From Eledone cirrhosa (Eukaryota), in contig OZ024744.1 of NCBI GenBank assembly GCA_964016885.1, positions 30,504,001 to 30,568,000 on the forward strand: 64,000 nt of DNA, given 5' to 3'. The notes beneath the pieces are model-generated. The model had not been told where the DNA came from. It did no database searches and saw only the letters and a list, made by a program, of their open reading frames with translations. The translations under genes and the position numbers were made by a program. Positions 54,361-64,000 of this stretch are shown here, one piece after another. Numbering within the stretch: position 1 is the stretch's first letter; the number at the start of each line of letters is the position of its first letter.

Positions 54361-57300
54361 CTAAAGAATGAGACAGTTCTAGTCCAGTAGAATCTCATCT
54401 ATATTAAAATTTTTTGATACCCAGATTCCTGATGATTTCGAAAGAATGAAACAGTTCTAGTCCTGTAGAATCTCATCTATATTAAACATTTTTTGATACC
54501 CAGATTCCTGATGATTTCTAAAGAATGAAACAGTTGTAGTCCTGCTGAATCTCATCTATATTAAAAGTTTTTGATACTCAGATTCCTGATGATTTCTAAA
54601 GAATCAAACAGTTCTAGTCCTGCAGAATCTCATCTATATTAAAAATGTTTGATACCCAGATTGCTGATGATTTCTAAAGAATGAAACAGTTCTAGTCCTG
54701 TAGAATCTCATCTATATTAAAATTTTTTGCTACCCAGATTCCTGATGATTTCTAAAGAATGAAACAGTTCTAGTCCAGTAGAATCTCATCTATATTAAAC
54801 ATTTTTGATACCCAGATTCCTGATGATTTCTAAAGAATGAAACAGTTCTAGTCCTGTAGAATCTCATCTATATTAAAATTTGTTGATACCCCCCAGATTC
54901 CTGATGATTTCTAAAGAACGAAACAGTTCTAGTCCTGTAGAATCTCATCTTTATAAACATTTTTTGATACCCAGATTCCTGATGATTTCTCAAGAATGAA
55001 ACAGTTCTAGTCCTGTAGAATGTCATCTATATTAAAATTTTTGATACCCAGATTCCTGATGATTTCTAAAGAATGAAACAGTTCTAGTCCTGTAGAATCT
55101 CATCTATATTAACATTTTTTGACACCCAGGTTCCTGATAATTTCTAAAGAATGAAACAGTTCAAGTCCTGTAGAATCTCATCTATATTAACATTTTTTGA
55201 TACCCAGATTCCTGATGATTTCTAAAGAATTAAACAGTTGTAGTCCTGTAGAATCTCATCTATATTAATATTTTTTGATACCCTGATTCCTGATGATTTC
55301 TAAAGAATGAAACAGTTCTAGTCCTGCAGAATATCATCTATATTAACGTTTTTTGATAACCAGATTCCTGATGATTTCTAAAGAATGAAACAGTTCTAGT
55401 CCTGTAGAATCTCATCTATATTAACATTTTTGATACCCAGATTCCTGATGATTTCTAAACGATGAAACAGTTCTAGTCCTGTAGAATCTCATCTATATTA
55501 ATATTTTTTGATACCCAGATACCTGATGATTCCTAAAGAATGAAACAGTTCTAGTCCTGTAGAATCACATCTATATTAAAAATGTTTGATACCCAGATTG
55601 CTTATGATTTCTAAAGAATGAAACAGTTCTAGTCCTGTAGAATCTCATCTATATTAAAATTTTTTGCTACCCAGATTCCAGATGATTTCTAAAGAATGAA
55701 ACAGTTCTAGTCCTGTAGAATCTCATCTATATTAAAATTTTTTGATACCCCACAGATTCCTGATGATTTCTAAAGAACGAAACAGTTCTAGTCCTGTAGA
55801 ATCTCATCTTTATAAACATTTTTTGATACCCAGATTCCTGATGATTTCTAAAGAATGAAACAGTTCTAGTCCTGTAGAATCTCATCTATATTAAAATTTT
55901 TGATACCCAGATTCCTGATGATTTCTAAAGAATGAAACAGTTCTAGTCCTGTAGAATGTCATCTATATTAACATTTTTGATACCCAGATTCCTGATGATT
56001 TCTAAAGAATGAAACAGTTCTAGTCCTGTAGAACCTCATCTATATTAAAATTTTTTGATACCCACATTCCTGATGATTTCTAAAGAATGAAACAGTTCTA
56101 GTCCTGTAGAATCTCATCTATATTAACATTTTTTGATACCCAGATTCCTGATGATTTCTAAAGAATGAAACAGTTCTAGTCCTTTAGAATCTCATCTCTA
56201 TTAACATTTTTTGATACCCAGATTCCTGATGATTTCTAAAGAATGAAACAGTTCTAGTCCTGCAGAATATCATCTATATTAACGTTTTTTGATACCCAGA
56301 TTCCTGATGATTCCTAAAGAATGAAACAGTTCTAGTCCTGTAGAATCACATCTATATAAAAAAATTTTGATACCCAGATTCCTGATGATTTCTAAAGAAT
56401 GAAACAGTTCTAGTCCTGTAGAATCTCATCTATATTAAAATTTTTTGATACCCAGATTCCTGATGATTTCATAAGAATGAAACAGTTCTAGTCCTGTAGA
56501 ATCTCATCTATATTAAACATTTTTTGATACCCAGATTCCTGATGATTTCTAAAGAATGAAACAGTTGTAGTCCTGCAGAATCTCATCTATATTAAAAGTT
56601 TTTGATACTCAGATTCCTGATGATTTCTAAAGAATGAAACAGTTCTAGTCCTGTAGAATCTCATCTATATTAAAAATGTTTGATACCTAGATTGCTGATG
56701 ATTTCTAAAGAATGAAACTGTTCTAGTCCTGTAGAATCTCATCTATATAAAAAAAATTTTCTGCCCAGATTCCTGATGATTTCTAAAGAATGAAATAGTT
56801 CTAGTCCTGTAGAATCTCATCTATATTAAACATTTTTGATACCCAGATTCCTGATGATTTCTAAAGAATGAAACATTTCTAGTCCTGTAGAATCTCATCT
56901 ATATTAAAATTTTTTGATACCCCCCAGATTACTGATGATTTCTAAAGAATGAAACAGTTCTAGTCCTGTAGCATCTCATCTATATTCAAATTTTTGATAC
57001 CCAGATTCCTGATGATTTCTAAAGAATGAAACAGTTCTAGTCCTGTAGAGTCTCATCTATATTAACATTTTTTGATACCCAGATTCCTGATGATTTCTAT
57101 AGAATGAAACAGTTCTAGTCCTGTAGAATCTCATCTATATAAAAAAATTTTGATACACAGATTCCTTATGATTTCTAAAGAATGAAACAGTTCTAGTCCG
57201 GTAGAATCTCATCTATATTAACATTTTTTGATACCCAGATTCGTGATAATTTCTAAAGAATGAAACAGTTTTAGTCCTGTAGAATCTCATCTTTATAAAC

Positions 57301-60300
57301 ATTTTTTGATACCCAGATTCCTGATGATTTCTAAAGAATGAAACAGTTCTAGTCCTGTAGAATCTCATCTATATTAAAATTTTTGATACCCAAATTCCTG
57401 ATGATTTCTAAAGAATGAAACAGTTCTAGTCCTGTAGAATCTCATCTATATTAAAATTTTTGATACCCAGATTCCTGATGATTTCTAAAGAATGAAACAG
57501 TTCTAGTCCTGTAGAACCTCATCTATATTAAAATTTTTTGATACCCACATTCCTGATGATTTCTAAAGAATGAAACAGTTCTAGTCCTGTAGAATCTCAT
57601 CTATATTAACATTTTTGATACCCAGATTCCTGATGATTTCTAAAGAATGAAACAGTTTAAGTCCTGTAGAATCTCATCTATATTAAAATTCTTTGATACC
57701 CCCCAGATTCCTGATGATTTCTAAAGAATGAAACAGTTCTGGTCCTGTAGAATCTCATCTATATAAACATTTTTTGATACCCAGATTCCTGATGATTTCT
57801 AAAGAATGAAACAGTTCTAGTCCTGCAGAATATCATCTATATTAACGTTTTTTGATAACCAGATTCCTGATGATTTCTAAAGAATGAAACAGTTCTAGTC
57901 CTGTAGAATCTCATCTATATTAACATTTTTTTATACCCAGATTCCTGATGATTTCTAAAGAATGAAACAGTTCTGGTCCTGTAGAATCTCATCTATATAA
58001 ACATTTTTTGATACCCTGATTCCTGATGATTTCTAAAGAATGAAACAGTTCTAGTCCTGCAGAATATCATCTATATTAACGTTTTTTGATACCCAGATTC
58101 CTGATGATTTCTAAAGAATGAAACAGTTCAAGTCCTGTAGAATCTCATCTATATTAACATTTTTGATACCCAGATTCCTGATGATTTCTAAACAATGAAA
58201 TAGTTCTAGTCCTGTAGAATCTCCTCTATATTAATATTTTTTGATACCCAGATTCCTGATGATTCCTAAAGAATGAAACAGTTCTAGTCCTGTAGAATCA
58301 CATCTATATAAAAAAATTTTGATACCCAGATTCCTGATGATTTCTAAAGAATGAGACAGTTCTAGTCCAGTAGAATCTCATCTATATTAAAATTTTTTGA
58401 TACCCAGATTCCTGATGATTTCGAAAGAATGAAACAGTTCTAGTCCTGTAGAATCTCATCTATATTAAACATTTTTTGATACCCAGATTCCTGATGATTT
58501 CTAAAGAATGAAACAGTTGTAGTCCTGCTGAATCTCATCTATATTAAAAGTTTTTGATACTCAGATTCCTGATGATTTCTAAAGAATCAAACAGTTCTAG
58601 TCCTGTAGAATCTCATCTATATTAAAATTTTTGATACCCAGATTCCTGATGATTTCTAAAGAATGAAACAGTTCTAGTCCTGTAGAACCTCAGCTATATT
58701 AAAATTTTTTGATACCCACATTCCTGATGATTTCTAAAGAATGAAACAGTTCTAGTCCTGTAGAATCTCATCTATATTAACATTTTTGATACCCAGATTC
58801 CTGATGATTTCTAAAGAATGAAACAGTTTAAGTCCTGTAGAATCTCATCTATATTAAAATTCTTTGATACCCCCCAGATTCCTGATGATTTCTAAAGAAT
58901 GAAACAGTTCTGGTCCTGTAGAATCTCATCTATATAAACATTTTTTGATACCCAGATTCCTGATGATTTCTAAAGAATGAAACAGTTCTAGTCCTGCAGA
59001 ATATCATCTATATTAACGTTTTTTGATAACCAGATTCCTGATGATTTCTAAAGAATGAAACAGTTCTAGTCCTGTAGAATCTCATCTATATTAACATTTT
59101 TTTATACCCAGATTCCTGATGATTTCTAAAGAATGAAACAGTTCTGGTCCTGTAGAATCTCATCTATATAAACATTTTTTGATACCCTGATTCCTGATGA
59201 TTTCTAAAGAATGAAACAGTTCTAGTCCTGCAGAATATCATCTATATTAACGTTTTTTGATACCCAGATTCCTGATGATTTCTAAAGAATGAAACAGTTC
59301 AAGTCCTGTAGAATCTCATCTATATTAACATTTTTGATACCCAGATTCCTGATGATTTCTAAACAATGAAATAGTTCTAGTCCTGTAGAATCTCCTCTAT
59401 ATTAATATTTTTTGATACCCAGATTCCTGATGATTCCTAAAGAATGAAACAGTTCTAGTCCTGTAGAATCACATCTATATAAAAAAATTTTGATACCCAG
59501 ATTCCTGATGATTTCTAAAGAATGAGACAGTTCTAGTCCAGTAGAATCTCATCTATATTAAAATTTTTTGATACCCAGATTCCTGATGATTTCGAAAGAA
59601 TGAAACAGTTCTAGTCCTGTAGAATCTCATCTATATTAAACATTTTTTGATACCCAGATTCCTGATGATTTCTAAAGAATGAAACAGTTGTAGTCCTGCT
59701 GAATCTCATCTATATTAAAAGTTTTTGATACTCAGATTCCTGATGATTTCTAAAGAATCAAACAGTTCTAGTCCTGCAGAATCTCATCTATATTAAAAAT
59801 GTTTGATACCCAGATTGCTGATGATTTCTAAAGAATGAAACAGTTCTAGTCCTGTAGAATCTCATCTATATTAAAATTTTTTGCTACCCAGATTCCTGAT
59901 GATTTCTAAAGAATGAAACAGTTCTAGTCCAGTAGAATCTCATCTATATTAAACATTTTTGATACCCAGATTCCTGATGATTTCTAAAGAATGAAACAGT
60001 TCTAGTCCTGTAGAATCTCATCTATATTAAAATTTGTTGATACCCCCCAGATTCCTGATGATTTCTAAAGAACGAAACAGTTCTAGTCCTGTAGAATCTC
60101 ATCTTTATAAACATTTTTTGATACCCAGATTCCTGATGATTTCTCAAGAATGAAACAGTTCTAGTCCTGTAGAATGTCATCTATATTAAAATTTTTGATA
60201 CCCAGATTCCTGATGATTTCTAAAGAATGAAACAGTTCTAGTCCTGTAGAATCTCATCTATATTAACATTTTTTGACACCCAGGTTCCTGATAATTTCTA

Positions 60301-62520
60301 AAGAATGAAACAGTTCAAGTCCTGTAGAATCTCATCTATATTAACATTTTTGATACCCAGATTCCTGATGATTTCTAAAGAATGAAACAGTTTAAGTCCT
60401 GTAGAATCTCATCTATATTAACATTTTTTGATACCCAGATTCCTGATGATTTCTAAAGAATTAAACAGTTGTAGTCCTGTAGAATCTCATCTATATTAAT
60501 ATTTTTTGATACCCTGATTCCTGATGATTTCTAAAGAATGAAACAGTTCTAGTCCTGCAGAATATCATCTATATTAACGTTTTTTGATAACCAGATTCCT
60601 GATGATTTCTAAAGAATGAAACAGTTCTAGTCCTGTAGAATCTCATCTATATTAACATTTTTGATACCCAGATTCCTGATGATTTCTAAACGATGAAACA
60701 GTTCTAGTCCTGTAGAATCTCATCTATATTAATATTTTTTGATACCCAGATACCTGATGATTCCTAAAGAATGAAACAGTTCTAGTCCTGTAGAATCACA
60801 TCTATATTAAAAATGTTTGATACCCAGATTGCTTATGATTTCTAAAGAATGAAACAGTTCTAGTCCTGTAGAATCTCATCTATATTAAAATTTTTTGCTA
60901 CCCAGATTCCAGATGATTTCTAAAGAATGTAACAGTTCTAGTCCTGTAGAATCTCATCTATATTAAAATTTTTTGATACCCCACAGATTCCTGATGATTT
61001 CTAAAGAACGAAACAGTTCTAGTCCTGTAGAATCTCATCTTTATAAACATTTTTTGATACCTAGATTCCTGATGATTTCTAAAGAATGAAACAGTTCTAG
61101 TCCTGTAGAATCTCATCTATATTAAAATTTTTGATACCCAGATTCCTGATGATTTCTAAAGAATGAAACAGTTCTAGTCCTGTAGAATGTCATCTATATT
61201 AACATTTTTGATACCCAGATTCCTGATGATTTCTAAAGAATGAAACAGTTCTAGTCCTGTAGAACCTCATCTATATTAAAATTTTTTGATACCCACATTC
61301 CTGATGATTTCTAAAGAATGAAACAGTTCTAGTCCTGTAGAATCTCATCTATATTAACATTTTTTGATACCCAGATTCCTGATGATTTCTAAAGAATGAA
61401 ACAGTTCTAGTCCTTTAGAATCTCATCTCTATTAACATTTTTTGATACCCAGATTCCTGATGATTTCTAAAGAATGAAACAGTTCTAGTCCTGCAGAATA
61501 TCATCTATATTAACGTTTTTTGATACCCAGATTCCTGATGATTCCTAAAGAATGAAACAGTTCTAGTCCTGTAGAATCACATCTATATAAAAAAATTTTG
61601 ATACCCAGATTCCTGATGATTTCTAAAGAATGAAACAGTTCTAGTCCTGTAGAATCTCATCTATATTAAAATTTTTTGATACCCAGATTCCTGATGATTT
61701 CATAAGAATGAAACAGTTCTAGTCCTGTAGAATCTCATCTATATTAAACATTTTTTGATACCCAGATTCCTGATGATTTCTAAAGAATGAAACAGTTGTA
61801 GTCCTGCAGAATCTCATCTATATTAAAAGTTTTTGATACTCAGATTCCTGATGATTTCTAAAGAATGAAACAGTTCTAGTCCTGTAGAATCTCATCTATA
61901 TTAAAAATGTTTGATACCTAGATTGCTGATGATTTCTAAAGAATGAAACTGTTCTAGTCCTGTAGAATCTCATCTATATAAAAAAAATTTTCTGCCCAGA
62001 TTCCTGATGATTTCTAAAGAATGAAATAGTTCTAGTCCTGTAGAATCTCATCTATATTAAACATTTTTGATACCCAGATTCCTGATGATTTCTAAAGAAT
62101 GAAACATTTCTAGTCCTGTAGAATCTCATCTATATTAAAATTTTTTGATACCCCCCAGATTACTGATGATTTCTAAAGAATGAAACAGTTCTAGTCCTGT
62201 AGCATCTCATCTATATTCAAATTTTTGATACCCAGATTCCTGATGATTTCTAAAGAATGAAACAGTTCTAGTCCTGTAGAGTCTCATCTATATTAACATT
62301 TTTTGATACCCAGATTCCTGATGATTTCTATAGAATGAAACAGTTCTAGTCCTGTAGAATCTCATCTATATAAAAAAATTTTGATACACAGATTCCTTAT
62401 GATTTCTAAAGAATGAAACAGTTCTAGTCCGGTAGAATCTCATCTATATTAACATTTTTTGATACCCAGATTCGTGATAATTTCTAAAGAATGAAACAGT
62501 TTTAGTCCTGTAGAATCTCA
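52120..62520. repeat. Tandem duplication, period 5154-5231 bp (~66-67 monomers x 2), each copy containing an internal 1171-bp (15-monomer) duplication
   Basis: CAAATTCC 52237/57391, GAACCTCAGC 53531/58685, TTCTCAAG 54991/60145; then +5231: ACTGATG 56931/62162, TATATTCAAA 56981/62212. Internal period: TTTCGAAAG g53269/g54440 and g58423/g59594. Confidence 0.9.
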
Positions 62521-64000
62521 TCTATATTAACATTTTTTGATACCCAGATTCCTGATGATTTCTAAAGAATGAAACAGTTCTAATCCTGTAGAATCTCATC
62601 TATATTAACATTTTTGACACCCAGATACCTGATGATTTCTAAAGAATGAAACAGTTCTAGTCCTGTAGAATCTCTTCTATATTAAAATTTTTTGATACCC
62701 AGATTCGTGATAATTTCTAAAGAATGAAACAGTTCTAGTCCTGTAGAGTCTCATCTATATTAACATTTTTTGATACCCAGATTCCTGATGATTTCTATAG
62801 AATGAAACAGTTCTAGTCCTGTAGAATCTCATCTATATAAAAAAATTTTGATACACAGATTCCTTATGATTTCTAAAGAATGAACAGTTCTAGTCCGGTA
62901 GAATCTCATCTATATGCACATTTTTTGATACCCAGATTCCTGATGATTTCTAAAGAATGAAACAGTTCTAATCTGGTAGAATCTCATCTACATAAACATT
63001 TTTTGATACCCAGATTCATGATGATTTCTAAAGAATGAAACAGTTCTAGTCCTGTAGAATCTCATTTATATATTGACATTTTTTGATACGCAGATTCCTG
63101 ATGATTTCTAAAGAATGAAACAGTTCTAGTCCTGTAGAATCTCATCTATATTAACATTTTTTGATACCCAGATACCTGAAGATTTCTAAAGAATGAAACA
63201 GTTCTTGTCCTGTAGAATCACATCTATATAAAAAAATGTTGATACCCAGATTCCTGATGATTTCTAAAGAAAGAAACAGCTCTAGTCCTGTAGAATCTCA
63301 TCTATATTAACATTTTTTGATACCCAGATTCCTGATGATTTCTAAAGAATGAAACAGTTCCAGTCCGGTAGAATCTCATCTATATTAACATTTTTTGATA
63401 CCCAGATTCATGATGATTTCTAAAGAATGAAACAGTTCTAGTCCTGTAGAATCTCATCTATATTAACATTTTTTGATACCCAGATTCCTGATGATTTCTA
63501 AAGAATGAAACAGTTCTAGTCTTGTAGAATCTCATCTATATTAAAATTTTTTGATACCCAGATTCCTGATGATTTCTAAAGAATGAAGCAGTTCTAGTCC
63601 GGTAGAATCTCATCTATATTAATTGTTTTTGATACCCAGAATCTTGATTATTTCTAAAGAATGAAACAGTTCTAGTCCTGTAGAATCTCATCTATATTAA
63701 AATTTTTTGATACCCAGATTCGTGATAATTTCTAAAGAATGAAACAGTTCTAGTCCTGTAGAATCTCATCTATATTAACATTTTTTGATACACAGATTCC
63801 TGATGATTTCTAAAGAATGAAACAGTTCTAGTCCTGTAGAATCTCATCTATATTAACATTTTTGACACCCAGATACCTGATGATTTCTAAAGAATGAAAC
63901 AGTTCTAGTCCGGTAGAATCTCATCTATATTAAAATTCTTTGATACCCAGATTCGTGATAATTTCTAAAGAATGAAACAGTTCTAGTCCTGTAGAATCTC
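62230..64000. repeat. Second-subfamily and more diverged monomer domain at the right edge
   Basis: Enriched in GTAGAGTC, TTCTATAG, GATACACAG, TCCGGTAG, TTCGTGATAA and ATTCATGA, plus private variants (AAGAAACAGCTC ~63270, TTCCAGTCCGG ~63360, GAAGCAG ~63586, GAATCTTGATTA ~63640). Confidence 0.75.

Larger units (their letters stand above)
1..64000. repeat. Tandem satellite DNA array, ~78-bp monomer (length variants 77-81 bp), ~820 head-to-tail copies, single orientation; extends beyond both window edges
   Basis: AGATTCCTGATGATTTCTAAAGAATG starts at 1, 79, 157 and recurs at ~78-bp spacing to the end of the window. Monomers typically differ from the consensus by a few substitutions, with length changes mainly in the A/T tract and the terminal C-run. 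No non-repeat sequence was seen. Confidence 0.99.

Noticed and set aside
1-64000. CRISPR array (conserved part plus variable part)
   Set aside because: The variable ~20 bp are homologous point or homopolymer variants of one sequence, not unique spacers. The conserved part is ~58 bp, and there are no cas genes or leader.
1-64000. Repetitive protein-coding gene (78 bp = 26 codons)
   Set aside because: Stop codons recur in the monomers, frequent 77/79/80-bp units break the frame, and the ORF track contains nothing longer than 75 aa.
1-64000. Telomeric repeats, CENP-B box, transposon insertion or strand inversion
   Set aside because: None was seen on reading through. There are no short G-rich telomere units, no TTCG....A..CGGG motif, no unique sequence and no reverse-orientation monomers.
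1-64000. Assignment to a specific named satellite family or taxon
   Set aside because: I do not recognise the sequence with confidence; a database search is required.

Overview
The whole 64 kb window is one uninterrupted, head-to-tail tandem satellite array of a ~78-bp, AT-rich (~31% GC in the consensus) monomer, about 820 copies, all in the same orientation. The consensus is AGATTCCTGATGATTTCTAAAGAATGAAACAGTTCTAGTCCTGTAGAATCTCATCTATATTAA(C/A)ATTTTTTGATACCC. I see no unique sequence, credible gene, RNA gene, transposon insertion or CRISPR spacer. This organisation is typical of eukaryotic (peri)centromeric or heterochromatic satellite DNA, but I cannot assign the organism or a named family. 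The informative signal lies in the order of monomer variants. There is an irregular, nested higher-order-repeat (HOR) structure built from recent segmental tandem duplications (offsets about 9211, 626, 2577, 2185, 3906, 2496, 1481, 2106, 3126-3360, 1171 and 5154-5231 bp). Chimeric monomers sit at several junctions, a 10-monomer island of private variants lies at 8.4-9.2 kb, and a second monomer sub-family appears only after ~44.9 kb and dominates the right end. Offsets were read by eye from diagnostic variants, monomer counts were derived by dividing offsets by 78, and block boundaries are approximate (about +/- one monomer). I did not find a novel gene-encoded system here.
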